Of a stretch of 64,000 nt of DNA, positions 1-12,585 are shown one piece after another. The DNA comes from an uncultured Chloroflexia bacterium (GTDB lineage: Bacteria; Chloroflexota; UBA6077; JACCZL01), in contig CAVXYC010000016.1 in NCBI GenBank assembly GCA_963765765.1, forward strand, positions 1 through 64,000. The letters run 5' to 3'. How positions within the stretch are numbered: position 1 is the first letter of the stretch; each line of letters starts with the position of its first letter. Made by a program: the position numbers and the translations under genes. The notes under the pieces were generated by a model. It saw nothing but the letters and a program-made list of their open reading frames with translations, searched no databases and had not been told where the DNA came from.

Positions 1-16
1 CGTCTAAGAGGATGTT

Positions 17-487
17 TTAGGCAGGTTCATCAGTCGTGAGCCGGATGGCTCGCGGCTCGGGCTGCCTTGCGCGAGCGTCCCGGGCGGTCACCGCCAGCAG
101 GCGAACGCAGCACTCGGCGGCTAATCGTCGGGACCGCGCCGACGACTCCTGGCCGGCTCCGGCGCAGGTAGAGCGCCGAGTAGGTCGGCATCGCGAGCAC
201 GATCCCAACGGCCAGCGCAACGATCCGGATCGTACACACAGTCCAGCCAAAAGTGGGTTGGCGACCACATCGAGCAAGTAGATCCCCGACAGCACCAAGG
301 TCGCGCCGATGACGAGCAGGTCCACGAGCACATTCGCCGCCGCGCCTTCGGGATCGAGGAACGCCGGACGCGAAATACCAGATGCTCGCGCAAAGAGCAC
401 GAAGTAGCCGAGGACGAGCAGCGTCACGGCAAGCAGTCCCCACCGCAGGAGCGCGCCACGATAGCCGACTGCCCGGCTGGTTTCCAT
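17..487 (-). CDS. Hypothetical membrane protein (frameshifted)
   Basis: Hydrophobic stretches LLRWGLLAVTLLVLGYFVLF and VLVDLLVIGATLVLSGIYLL. The C-terminus appears to continue in another frame (IVALAVGIVLAMPTYSALYL). Confidence 0.45.
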   Translation of the reverse strand: METSRAVGYRGALLRWGLLAVTLLVLGYFVLFARASGISRPAFLDPEGAAANVLVDLLVIGATLVLSGIYLLDVVANPLLAGLCVRSGSLRWPLGSCSRCRPTRRSTCAGAGQESSARSRRLAAECCVRLLAVTARDARARQPEPRAIRLTTDEPA

Positions 488-674
488 CACGCCGTCGGAT
501 ACGGCGGGTCGCAGCCTCATGCCCGGCGCTCGCCCCATGTACTGGCAGGCGCGCTGCCGCAACGAGGCGAAGAAAGCACTGGCTTGCGATGAGCCGGGCC
601 GCGCGCATCAGGTCCATGCTCTGCACGTTTGCATTTCGTCACGAACGCCGCCGGTCCCGGCAGATGATCGGTTG

Positions 675-1038
675 ATGATGGTCTCCGACGAGGAGCTATT
701 GTTCACCTCCACGGGTGACGAGGAGGCCTTCGCCGCCTTCTACCGCGCGCCATGCGCGGCCGCTGGCCGGGTTCCGTGCGGCGCACGGCGACGCCGAGCT
801 GGCGGCCGACCTGGCCGCGGAGAGGTCGCCGCGGCGCTCGCCTCACGCCGCCGGCGAACGAAGACGCGGGAGCGTGCGTCACACCGACGTCGAGCGCCGC
901 ATGCGCTTCGGCCTCGACGGACGGGTCCTGACGGTGCAGCTGCTTCCACGGTGCAGCAACCAGACCTTCGAAACGGTGAAGACAGCGGCTCGGATCGAGC
1001 GCGACCTGCAGCGCGAACATCACCGCGCCGCCGGATGA
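675..1038 (+). pseudogene. ECF sigma factor N-terminal fragment, degraded or fused to unrelated sequence
   Basis: SDEELL...DEEAFAAFYR / ...GDAELAADLAAE resembles actinobacterial ECF sigma region 2, split across frames. No region 4 is seen. Confidence 0.45.
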
Positions 1039-1231
1039 TCGGCGAACGAGAGCCACGCTCGCCCAGCTTGATCGAGGTCCAGACGCCTTCGACTGCGAGG
1101 CATCGCCCTCGAGAGGAGATATCGGGTCGATCCGCTGAGCGGCGCCGGCGTGCCCCTGCGCTGGCGAGAGGACATGGTACTGAGCAGCGCGGGCGGCCCG
1201 GGAGGCTGCCGGCGTGCTTTGATTCCCTCCG

Positions 1232-2525
1232 GTGACGGTCCGCGGCGCCGCCTTCCTCGGCATCGGCGCGATGGTCGGCGCCGGCATCTTCGCGCTGCTC
1301 GGCGAGGCGGCGCGGTCGCGGCGTCGGCCGTCTGGCTCTCGTTCCTGCTCGCGGGCGTCGTTGCCGCGCTGCTGGGCTACACCGTCGTCAAGCTGGGTGT
1401 CCGCTACCCGTCCTCCGGTGGCCTGATCGCGTACCTGCTGGAGGGGTTCGGCAACGGGCGGCTCGTCGGGATCGCCTCGTGGCTCGGCTACTTCTCCGCG
1501 ATCGTGATCGTCTGCTCGATGGTGGCGGTCGCGTTCGGCAGCTACGCGACGTCGCTGTTCGTCGGCGACGACGCCGCGGCCGGCTGGGACAACGTCTTCG
1601 CCACCGTGATCGTCGTCGCGATGGCCGCGATCAACCTGGTCGGCGCCCGCTTCGTCGACCGCGCCCAGTCGCTGATCGTCGTCGTCCTGCTCGCCGTCTT
1701 CGCCGTCTTCATCGCCGTGACGATCGTCGACATCGACTGGGATCTGCTCGCTTTCGGCGGCTACCCGCCGCTGCTCGGACGTCATCGCGAGCGTCGCGCT
1801 GACGTTCTTCGCCTACCTCGGCTTCAGCGTGATCACCTTCGCCGTCGGCGACCTGCGCGACCCGGCCCGCGAGCTGCCGAAGGCCATGTATCTCGCCTTG
1901 GCGGTCACGGCCGCCACGTACGTCCTGATCGCCCTCGGCGTGTTCGGGACGCTGACCGTCGAAGAGGTGCGCGGCTACGGCGAGACGGCGATCGCCGAGG
2001 CGGCGCGACCGGCCCTCGGCGACGCCGGCTTCACGATCATGGCGATGGCCGCTCTGCTGGCGACGGCGTCGTCGGTGAACGCGACGCTCTACGCGTCGGG
2101 CGGGCTGACGGCACGTTGGCCGAGGTCGGGCAGTTCCCGCCGCTCTTCGGGCCGGGCTCGCGACTCGGGCCGCACGCGGGGCTGTTGATCACCGCAGCGA
2201 TCGTGCTCGTCGTCGCCGAACGCTCGTCGACCTCTCGGCGATCGCCTCGGTCGGCAGCGCCTGCTCGCTCACGATCTTCCTGCTCGTCGGCGTCGCCGGC
2301 TACCGCCGCCGCTCCGAGACCGGCGTCGTGACGCCGATCGTCCTGGCTCGGCGTCGCGGCAACCGCGATCGTGCTCGTCTTCTTCGCCGTCGACACGCTG
2401 CGCAACGAGCCTCAGACCTTCGCCGCCATCGTCGCAATCGCGCTGCTCGCGGTGTCCTCGACTTCCTCTGGAAGCGCAGACGCGCCGCGCGGTCGCGCAC
2501 GAGCCCGCCGGTGCCGAGCGCCTGA
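1232..2525 (+). CDS. APC-family amino acid permease (multiple frameshifts)
   Basis: GIGAMVGAGIFALLG, RYPSSGG and FFAYLGF..ITF..GDLRDPARELPKA motifs; many TM segments spread over ORFs 1232, 1150, 1829 and 2328. Confidence 0.85.
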
Positions 2526-2601
2526 GGGACGGCTCCCCGGGGGGAAACGTTTCACTCCCGGGAGGGCTGTCCGCGCGAGCGCCGGATCGAGACGGTCGGC
2601 C

Positions 2602-4495
2602 ATGCCCTCTCCTCGTCCTCGTCCTCCCTGCTGGCGTGGAGCGGAGCCCGCCGCAAGGCCAGCAGGGCTGCGCCCCGCGCACGCTGAGCTCGGTGCCGCC
2701 CCGACCACGAGCGCGATCGGCAGCGCGGACGAAGTGGGCTGCTTCGTTTCACGGGCGCGGCGGCCAGGCGTGTGCGTGTGCGCGCCGTCGGACTTCCGGC
2801 GCGCTCGTCGCCGACCTGGTCGTCGCCGGCGCCGACTGCGTGCCCGCGCGTGCCGGCCTGACCTGCAGGCTGACGCGCCGGCGGCGTGCCAGCGTCGCGG
2901 TCGGAGGTACAAGGACGGCGGCTGGGGGGTCTCGGTCCAGCGGCTCGACGCCCCCGTCGGGTGTCGTCGCTGGCCTACGCGAACGCGACCGCGACAGGAG
3001 CGATGTCGCCTGGCGAGGCCGAATGCTGGCGGTTCTCTCAAACGACGGCGCGCGCCTGCGCGTGCGGGCCGTCACCGCGGCGGCCGCGCTGGAACCGCTC
3101 GTGGAGGTGCTGCGCCCCGAGGGCACGACGCGCTGCAACCCCACCTTCGCCGACGACTGGACCTGCCTGCTCGACCTCGACGGCACGCGCACGTTGCTGG
3201 TCAGCGACGCCGGCGGCGCGACCGGCGGGTATTGGATCTCGATGCAGCGGCTGAACGGTCCAGCCAGATGTGCCTCCAAGGGGTTCAGCACGACGGAGAC
3301 CCTGGGCTCGCTCGCAACGACCGGCGAGACCGACTGCTTCGCCGTCCATGGCGCCGTCGGCAACGCGCTGCGCGTGCGGCTGCTCGCGAACAGATCGACC
3401 CAACGACCGAGATAGTGCGCCCGGACGGAACGACCCCAGTGCGCGCCCAGCGCGCTCGAGAACCGCAGCTGCTCGACACCGACGGGCTGCACTTCGTTCT
3501 CATGCGCGACGGTGCAGCGACGAGCACCGGCAACTGCCGGATCGGCTTCCAGCGGCTCGACGACCCGCTGGGCTGCGACGTGGCGCCGTCGGTCCGATCG
3601 CGCGCTCGGCCGCGATCGCGACCTGGGGTGAGACGGACTGCTGTCGCTGCGACGCGCACCGGTCGGGAGCCGCGTGCGCGCGCGTCTGCTCCCGGATCCC
3701 AGGCAACTCGACCCGCACGCCGAGCTGATCGCGCCGGACGGGACGACGCCCTGCGCGCGGCGCTCACCGACAAGTTCACGTGTCCGACGATCGCGGCCAG
3801 TGTGCATACGCTGCTCGTGCGCGACGCGGGCTGGATGCCGGGGACGACCGGCTCGCGCTGCAGCGGCTCCAGAGCCCGATGGATTGCGGCACCGCTGGTG
3901 TTCGGCCCCGCCCTGGTTCCCGCCGCGCTGTCCACGCCGATGGAGACCGACTGCTGGCGCATTCCGGCCGCCGCGGCAATCAGCTGCGCCTCGAGGGCGC
4001 GGTGGCGGCCTCCGCGCACGTCGAGGTCGTGCGGCCCGACGGCACCACCCGCTGCCAGTTCGCCGGGCAGAGCAACAGGACGTGCGCCCTCGACACCTCT
4101 GGCACGCACACCGTGCTGATCGAGCACGAGGACCCCGCCCAGACCGGCGGCTACGCGCTGCTCGCCCAGCGCCTCAACGATCCCGTCGGCTGCGAGTGGC
4201 TGACGGTCGACGACGCGCCGCGCGCGGCTCGATCCCGGTGGCCGGCGGGCTCAACTGCTACCGCGTCGACGCGGAGCGGCTGGGAGCACCTGCGGATCCG
4301 GCTCACGGGCAGCGGAGGGCTGTCGCCGACCGCCGAGGTCGTGCGCCCGGACGGCACACGCCGCTGCGCGCCGGAGGTCGAGGACCTTCTTCGCCTGCGT
4401 GACCGAACACCGCCGGGTGGCGCACGATTCTCGTGACCAGCGGCGTGATCGGCCGCGCCGGCGACTACGAGCTCGATCTGCGCCCGCCGCCATAG
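2602..4495 (+). CDS. Secreted protein of tandem ~103-aa Cys-containing modules (PPC-like), heavily frameshifted
   Basis: Repeated EVVRPDGTTRC...C.LD..G.HT.L...TGGY....QRL..P.GC. The QRL codons recur at 2938, 3245, 3550, 3861 and 4167. Ends ...GDYELDLRPPP-TAG at 4493-4495. Confidence 0.65.
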
Positions 4496-5076
4496 CCGCT
4501 CAGCGGTACACCGTTCTCGCGCGCGTCCTCGATCGCCGACAGCGCCTCGTCGTCGGCCTCGGGCCGCTCGATGTTGAAGTGCGGCAGGCGCCGCTCGAGC
4601 CACACTGGTAGGCGCATGCGCAGCGCAGCCGGGTCCAGGACCGCACCGGCTGGCTCGCGAAACTCCGACGATCGGTTGTCGTCGATTGGACGCTCCACCA
4701 CGCAATCTGACCCGCCTGGTTGACAGCCGCGGGCTCGTGCTCGTCTGAGCGGCCGCCCCCGCACCGCGCGGGTCGGCGAACCCCGCGCAAGAGCCCGTTT
4801 TACGGCCTGACGTACTTGACAGGACGCGGTATGGTCGGCGGACACACACAGAGGTGCGCCTGACGTAGCTCGGCCGGTGTCGATTCCGGACCCGAAGCGC
4901 CGGGGTTCATCCTCGCTCCGGGATGGAGACTCCGGTGGTCGCGGTGCGGGCTGGCTTCGGCTGATCGGGGATCCGAGGAGGCATCGTCCATGGGGCCGGG
5001 CCAGACGGGTCGGGCGAGCGAGCTGGGAGGGTCGTCGCGACGTCGGCGCACGCCGACGGAGCTTGGCGAGGAACTG

Positions 5077-6790
5077 GTGGCGGTCAGTCGCGGCGTCGTG
5101 GAGGATCGCTGGAGAGTCGCGCTCGTCGTCGTCCTTGTCCTGGCGGGCCTCACTCTGCCGGCGGGTGTGGCTTCGGCACAGTTTCCGGGGAACTACACGA
5201 TGGTCGTCGATCAGGGCGGCGCGAATGACGTCAACTCGTCGCAGGTGGACCTGACGCAGTTCGGCCGCGACGATTCGGATCCGAACCGGTACAAGCTGTT
5301 GTGGAGTTGGGACGCGACCGACGACTGGACGGGCACGGGGGCGACGGGCGACGCGTGCGCGCTGTTCGACGGCGACGGCGACGGCCGGGTCAACTTCGCC
5401 GTATGCGCGCGGATCCAGAACCCGGCGGGAACCCGAACGCGGTCATGCAGGTGGTCGGGCTCGCCGTATGCGTACACGTGCACAACGCGCGCTCGACCGC
5501 TGCGGCCAGCCGACCTGTCCACCATCGCGCCCGGCACGGTCAACTCGGGCGCGATCGACCTGCTGACCGGCGCGATCCTGCCGAGTCCGCCGGCGAACCT
5601 GATCACGCGACGGATCCGTTCGGCAACCTCATCCCGGATCAGAACTGGCCGAACGACTCGACGATCGCGATCAACATCGCGAAGAGCATCCTGCCGTCGG
5701 GTGCCGACCTGATCAACGTCTGTACGTACCCATCGGCGGGCAACGGTGGCAACAACAACCCGTTCGACTGCATCATCGGTCCGGGTGACGGCCTGCTCGT
5801 GATCAAGAAGGTCACGACGGTGCCGACGAGCCAGGCGTTCGACTTCACGGTGAATCCCGGCGACCGGGCGTTCCAGATCGTCGGCACCGGCCAGACACCG
5901 CAGATCGGCATGGCGCCGACATCGATGACCGGTGGCCGAAGCCGTGCCGGATCAGTGGGCGCTGGACTCCGCGGTTGTGTGCTCGAGGACGGCGGACCGA
6001 CGGGCAACAAGAGCGGGACACGGTCTAGGGCATCACGATCCAGACGGGCCTGATCACGACGTGCACGTTCACCGACAGCCCGCTGCCGCCCGACATCAGC
6101 GTGACCAAGACGCCGGACGCCGCCGCGGTGTCGGCGGGGAGCCCCGATCGGATTCACGATCGCGGTGTTCAACGCCGGGCCGGGCCCGGCGACGAACGTG
6201 ACGCTGAACGACACGCTGCCGGCCACCGCCGGTCTGTCGTGGTCGATCGACGGCGGGACGGGCGCGGCGCAGTGCTCGATCGCGGCCGGCGTGTTGTCGT
6301 GTGCCGTTCGGGACGTTGGCTTCCGGGGGAAACGCGGACGGTGCATATCTCGTCGCCGACGACGCCGGCGTCGTGCGGAGCGGTTGATAACACGGCGACG
6401 GCGGACGCGAGCAACGATGACCCTGTGTCCGCTAACACGGCGGTGGTCGTGCTGTGCCCGAGAGTGAACGTGGTCAAGACCCCCGATGAGGGCATAGTGT
6501 CGGCGGGCACGGCGATCGGCTCCACGATCACGGTCGCCAACGACGGGCCGGGGACGGCGAGCGGCGTGACCTTGGTCGACACGTTGCCGGTGAGGGACGG
6601 GTTGGTGTGGTCGGAGTCGCCGGATGTCGCGGCGTGCTCGATCACGGCGGGCGTGCTGTCGTGCGACTTCGGCAATCTGAATCCAGGCGAGCGGCGCACC
6701 GTGCATCTGGTCTCGCCGACGACGGCGGCGTCGTGCGGGACGATCAGCAACACGGCGACGGCCGACTCGACCAGCCGTGACCCGGTCTCC
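5077..6790 (+). CDS. Secreted DUF11 (conserved repeat domain) protein, frameshifted and truncated at a junction
   Basis: Signal peptide (VALVVVLVLAGLTLPAGVASA), then two DUF11-type repeats: VTKTPD....AG....TI.V.N.GPG.A..VTL.DTLP...CSI.AGVLSC.FG.L.PGE.RTV. Similarity stops at ...DPVS (6790). Confidence 0.75.
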
Positions 6791-6966
6791 AGGCGCTGCT
6801 CAACGGAACTGCCGTCTCGTTCGGCCCCAACGTAACACCGACGTATATTGTGGACTACATCAACGCGCGCCAGCGTGGGCAGATTCCACCACAGGTGCTG
6901 GGTCGCACGCCGAACTATTCCGTCTGGATCAACGGAATAGAATACGCGAGAGTCTATCGTCTGTAG
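6781..6966 (+). pseudogene. C-terminal fragment resembling Chloroflexota GT39/PMT-like membrane glycosyltransferase tails
   Basis: Manual translation: PGLQALLNGTAVSFGPNVTPTYIVDYINARQRGQIPPQVLGRTPNYSVWINGIEYARVYRL-TAG. No start or N-terminus is present. Confidence 0.5.
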
Positions 6967-7031
6967 GCTTTTCGGATAGAAAAGAAGGCCACCGGATTGG
7001 TGGTCTTCTTCATCCATTCACTGATTACTGT

Positions 7032-7235
7032 CTAAGGTAATGATGGTGAGCCTGCGATTCCTTCACCCACGGCCTGAGTCAACGACCAACCGACATTAAG
7101 CTCGAGCGCTTGCTCCATCAAGCTCACTCCATCGTGAACCTGCTTTGCGGCAAATGCCGCTCGGATGTCATCGAGAAGGCGACCAAGCTGGGTCACCTGA
7201 CCGATCAAGGGGGAAGTGGGCTCCATTGCCTTCAC
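7032..7235 (-). CDS. Small hypothetical helical protein
   Basis: 67-aa ORF with protein-like amphipathic composition; no recognised family. Confidence 0.35.
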   Translation of the reverse strand: MKAMEPTSPLIGQVTQLGRLLDDIRAAFAAKQVHDGVSLMEQALELNVGWSLTQAVGEGIAGSPSLP

Positions 7236-7799
7236 ATCTTGGAAGCGGATGGTCGGATTGTAATGACTCAGTCACAACAACGCCACAATTAGCGACATCA
7301 AAATAAAGGTTTTGGCGAGGATCGTTATCAAGGCCGGATGGACTAATCCGCTCTCCGCGCGGCACGTTAGCCTTTGGCAAGCTGGCGACAGGCTGGGTCA
7401 AACGCGGCATTGCTTCCTTCCGAAGATCGGCTGGGGCGAAGCTGTCATCCGGGTCGGCCCTACTCACCGGACGCACTGGGCGGAAGCCGTCATCTGGATC
7501 AAACGGATTCTCGTTCGATCGAAGTTGAGGGATTGCCCGCTCCAGGCACCTGTGAGGATCATGTTCAAAGCGCTCTGCTGGGGTCTCCGTAGTCTGAGGG
7601 GCCAGGCCCACGGTCGCTTCATCGCGGGTTAGCCAGGCGGTCACAAACAGCATGCTCTGAGCGACTTTTTGGACTTTTGGATGTCGACAAGTCGTCTATC
7701 AGCACACAATGGACTCGCTCAACCGTTGGACAAACCGAGCTGCATCCTCCGACGCTTCATCTTCGTCGTCGCCTTCGTTCTTGCAACGAACGGAGACCT

Positions 7800-8960
7800 T
7801 CAGCTCAATTGGGCAACGCTCTCTGTCTGAGGGATGGCGCAGGCTGTGATGGGCCGGCGAAAGCCCTTGAGCGTGAGCTCGGGCAGCTCGTCCGCGCTGA
7901 TTCGGTCTTCAACAAGGGTGTAGGCGCGCTGGCTGATGAGGATCTGGCCAGGCTGGGCCTCGTCGCACAGTCGGGACGCGAGATTCACCACCGTGCCGAT
8001 GACGCCATAATCTTGCCGGCCTTCGAACCCCAGAACGCCGAGGGTGGCATAGCCGTAAGCGATGCCAACACCGAAGCCCACGTCCCAGCCTTGCCGTTTC
8101 CAGCCGATACTCAGCTCCGCCATACGGTCACGCAGATCCAACGCAAGCCGAACGGCCAACCCGGTCGGGTCATCGCAGGGAAATGGATCGTTGAAAAAGA
8201 TCATGAGCCCGTCGCCGGCGAAATGCCCCACAGTGCCCTGGTATTTGGTGATCAGTGGTCCCGCCGCATCGTGGTACTCACGAAGCACGGTCATGACTTC
8301 CTCGGGCTCGGCGGTCTCGGCAAAAGCAGTGAATCCGCGTAGGTCGCAAAACAGCACCGCGATCTGTCGCCGATGGGTGCCCAGGGCGCTCTCATCACCG
8401 GAGCTGACAATCGCCTCGGCAACCTGCGGCGATAGAAAGCTCTGCAAGCGTGCCATGCGCCCAATCTGTTCTACCTGCGCCTGTACGCGGTCCTCGAGCG
8501 ACCGATTCCAGGAAGTAGCTCGGCCGATTGCGCCTCGATGGTGTCGTGATAGCGCTTGATCCGCAGAAGCGATTTCACACGCGCCAGTAGCTCGGCCTGG
8601 TTGAAGGGTTTAGAAATAAATTCGTCCGCACCGGCCTCGAGCGCCTTGAGCTTTTCCTGGTCGCCCGCGGCAGTAATCATGACGACTGGAAGAGCGCGGC
8701 TCGCGGATCATCCCTGAGTCTGCGACACACCTCGTAACCGTCCATGACCGGCATCTGGATATCCAGAAGAATCAGGTCAGGAGGCGATCGGCCACGATAT
8801 TGAGTGCTTCCAGGCCTGACGTCGCTGGAATCACCGCGTATCCACGCGGACTGAGCACTGCGTCCAGCAGTCTGATGTTTTGAGGCGTGTCATCCACGAC
8901 AAGAATGCGCGGCGTTTCCTCAATCATCGAAGACACCGGTATCCAAGCCGCGACCGTCAC
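7800..8960 (-). CDS. Response regulator receiver fused to a class III adenylate/guanylate cyclase (frameshifted)
   Basis: REC: ILVVDD..., LLDIQMP..DG, FISKPF. Cyclase: [29 protein letters not shown]. Pieces lie in ORFs 8772-8960, 8471-8680 and 7800-8456. Confidence 0.9.
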
Positions 8961-9079
8961 AGAGCGGTTCCTCTCGCGAATACTTCACGCCACGCAACGA
9001 TGAATTCTCGGACAGAACCGCTCTCTGACGGTCGCGGCTCGGAGAAGTGACAGGGGGCATCACGCTCCACTTCCGCTTT

Positions 9080-9442
9080 TCAGAAACCCCGCACCTGATT
9101 ACCGAACTCCCGAACGTCAATGGGTTTGGTCAGGTAGCCGTCGAATCCAGCGGCGAGAAAGCGCTCGCGATCTTCTCGCATCGCCGACGCCGTCAACGCA
9201 ACGACCGGGGTCTCCGCCATAGAGGGATTTTCGCGCAGCCGTGCCAGTGCCTCAACACCGTTCATACCGGGGAGCTGGTATCCATGAGCACGAGGTCAGG
9301 CTTATGCTCAATGGCCAGCTCGATTCCCCGCTCAGCGGTCGTTGCCTCAATGGTCCGGAAGCCGCGGAACTGCAGCACGTCGCGGGCGAGCTTGAGATTC
9401 TTTTCGTTGTCTTCCACGATAAGGATCGAGCTCACCGGCCAT
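9080..9442 (-). CDS. Single-domain response regulator (DivK/CheY-like; frameshifted)
   Basis: MAGELILIVEDNEKNLKLARDVL...PDLVLMD..LPGMNG...VALTASAM...GYLTKPI. Confidence 0.9.
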
Positions 9443-9492
9443 GGGGTGCTCCCCCGCCGACAAGGTTCGGGCTCGATGATAAGCAGACAGGA

Positions 9493-11944
9493 TCACCCAC
9501 GGTTAGCCCTCGCGATCTCCCCTGGCTTTCCGACAGACGCAGCGCCATTCCGAGACCTCTGTCGGCTCGGAATAGCAAACGTAAACGTGCTTCCCACACC
9601 CACCTCACTCTCCACCCAGATCCGGCCCTTCGTGCAGCTCGGCGAAACTGCGCGTGAGAGCAAGCCCCAGCCCCGTTCCTTCCGGACGACCGCCTCCATG
9701 CCCCTCGGTTGACTGACGAAACTCCTCAAAGATGAGCTCGCGATCCTTCTCCGGAATACCGATACCCGTGTCTGTCACGGCTATGTGAACGTCGTTACCG
9801 ATCGTGCGAGCGGAGAGTGTGACCGACCCACCGTCCGGGGTGAACTTCACCGCGTTGGCGAGCAGATTGAACACCATTTGCTTCAATTTGCGCTCGTCCG
9901 CTTCGACAACGTCGATCTCAGGGTCCACCTCGAGGCCCAAAGCAATACCGTGCCTGCCCGCGCGCTCCTTCACCATGGTCAGGCCGTTCTCGAGCGATTG
10001 CGGGAGCGAAAACTCGCTCAGCTCCAGTTCCATTCGCCCGGCTTCTACCTTAGAAAGGTCCAGGATGTCATTGATCAATGACAGGAGATGCTGGCCTGAC
10101 GTCAGAATGTCGTTCAGATACTCTTCCTGCCGCTCGTTGAGCTCGCCGAACATCTTCTCCGATAGGACTTCGGAAAAGCCGATGATCGCGTTGAGCGGCG
10201 TACGGAGCTCATGCGACATGTTGGCCAGAAACTCTGATTTGTGTTGACTGGCTATCTCCAGCTCGAGATTCTTTTGTTCGAGAGCCTGGAACAGACGGAC
10301 GTTTTCGAGCGCTATGACAGCCTGATCTGCAAACGTTCGGAGCAGGTCGATCTGTTGGTCCGTGAACGGTCGCACCTCGAGCCGCCTGATCATGATGGTC
10401 CCGAGTGGCACGCCCTCGCGCAGGAGTGGCGTCGCGAGCGTAGTACGGTTGCCGATGTGCTCACTCAAGGCACGACCTTGGGGGAATTCCGTGGCGGGTT
10501 CTGCCGCAAGGTCTCGGACGTGGATCGTCTGCCTATCAATCACCGCGCGACCATTCACCGATCCACGCGTGAGGGGAAGACCCGCCATCCGAGCGGCCGT
10601 CGGCATGCTGCCGTACGCTGCAACCTCCTTCAGCACGTCCCCTTCAACGCGAAAAATGACGGCATCCGTAGCGTCGCACAGGCGCGCGGCGCTCTCAGCA
10701 ACTGCCGCCAACACCGGCTCTAGCTCATTCGGCGAGCTGGCGATGACTCGCAGGATCTCGCTTGTGGCTGTCTGCTGATCGAGTGACTCGCTCAGCTCAT
10801 GAGTGCGTTCTTGCACGCGACGTTCCAGGGTCGCATACGACTCGCGCAGCTGAGCAGTCATCCGATTGAACTCCTCGGCCAGCGTCTCCAGCTCATCGCC
10901 CGTGCGAATCTCGATGCGCTGGTCCAGCGCACCCGCTCCAATCTGAGCCGCGCTCGCCTGAAGCGCGCGGATGGGGGTGACCATGCGTCGAGCCAGAACG
11001 AGGCTCGCCACAATTGAGAGTCCGATACCCAGAAGAACTAACACGATGGTGCGAGCGATGGAGGCGTACAGCCCGCTCAGCGCTTCTTCCAGTGGCTGGT
11101 CCACGAAGACGAACCAACCAGGGGGCTCAACAAGGGCGAACGCCGTGAGCATTTGACGCCCCTGGAAGTCTCGAGTGATCGTGGGCTGCTCGGTAGCGCC
11201 GAGTACCCGCCTCGGAGCAGCACGCGCCTCCTGCACGTGGCTGAACCCCGAAAGATCTGTCTTTCTCAGCACCATGCTGATATCGGGATGAGCGACTAGC
11301 TGCCCGGCCTCGTCAACGACATAGGCATAACCAGCCGTGCCCACGCGTATCTGCGTCACCACGTCCCAGATGAGCTTCAGATTGACCTCGGCGCTGATGA
11401 CGCCGTTTGGGTCGTCCCTTCGCGAGATGGTCATGTACGGTTCGGACTCGTTGCGGAAATAGACCGGGCCAAAGTACGGACGATTAGGTTTCGGCTCGGT
11501 GAAACGCGGATCGGTGCTGTAGTCGATGCCGCTCCCCACGACGTTCATCGCCAGGCGTGAGACCCGAAGCTGTTCCAGACCCACGGTGTCAAGAAAGCTG
11601 ACGTCAGTGATTGCCGGTGCAAGACGCAAGAGTCGCGTGAAATCGTCCCGCCGCTGCGACGGGTTGGGAGCACCGGCGGCCCAGCCAAGCGCCCGCTCCT
11701 GGTCGCTCAAAAAGTCGCGAATTGTGGCGGCTGCGCCCTGCGCTTTTTCCTGCTGAAGACGCGCCAGCGCCGTCTCGTTCTCCCTGTAGGAGAAATACAG
11801 CTCCACGAGTCCGCTGACGATGAGCGCGCCGCTGACAAGCAGCACGATGAGCATGACGTACTTACGAAACAGGCGGCCATGCTGCCGCCCGCCAAGCGCA
11901 TGATCGCCCAACTTGTGTTCGCCGGCTACACCGGTCGCCGCCAT
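9493..11944 (-). CDS. Sensor histidine kinase (TM-Cache-TM-HAMP-GAF-HisKA-HATPase)
   Basis: H-box FLANMSHELRTPLNAI, N-box NLLANAVKFT, DTGIGI and GTGLGL. The last strand (GRIWVESEVGVGSTFTF) is in a shifted frame. Confidence 0.93.
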
Positions 11945-12585
11945 AGTGAACGTAAGGATCGCCCGATTCACTCAAATCTGCAAGTGAGACGGCCAAGATG
12001 AGCGCGGCCCTCACCGGAAATGCGGATCGCCCTCATTCCAGCGAGCACCTCGCCCAATGCCCCAACGTGAATTCAGGGAGACTCCCCGACGTGATGCTGC
12101 GACGTCGAAATCCCGCGGAGATTCCGCTCGAACTCGCGCCGACTTCAGTTCACGGTGAACATCTCAGCAGCTCGCGGATTGCGCTCACGCTTCTCCGGCC
12201 GTACACGCTCGGTAATTCAGGTGATTGATAAGCGCCGACAGCAGCTCCGGAAATTGACGACATGTCCGCCCATCGTTGCTCAGGCGACGCACATCATTAA
12301 GTGACCCGGAGCAGGTGAACGACTGTCTTCTCTCAAATGGTTTCGGTACTGTCACGCTTGGCGGGGCTCCTCTCAGCGCATCAACCCTGCGCGGCTCGGC
12401 GATAAGCCACCGTTTATCGATAACTGATCATCCGTTCATCGATGATTCCGAGCAGTATTAGCTGCGGCCGATAGACTGGACCCCAGATCACGTACTGCTG
12501 AATCCGGAGGTCCGAGTGACAGACTCTTCTCACAACCTTTCGCGCCGACAGGACATTGCCACAATCCGCGGTCGGGTCCACGACA

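Noticed and set aside
4465-4845. Possible small gene on the minus strand
   Set aside because: Partly protein-like, but it overlaps the end of the repeat protein and has no clear start or family motif, so support is insufficient.
7240-7790. Several 70-160 aa ORFs
   Set aside because: No frame shows convincing motifs or an RBS.
11972-12585. Short ORFs or a riboswitch between the kinase and the phosphatase
   Set aside because: The ORFs have no motifs and no RNA family consensus was recognised. Probably a divergent promoter region.
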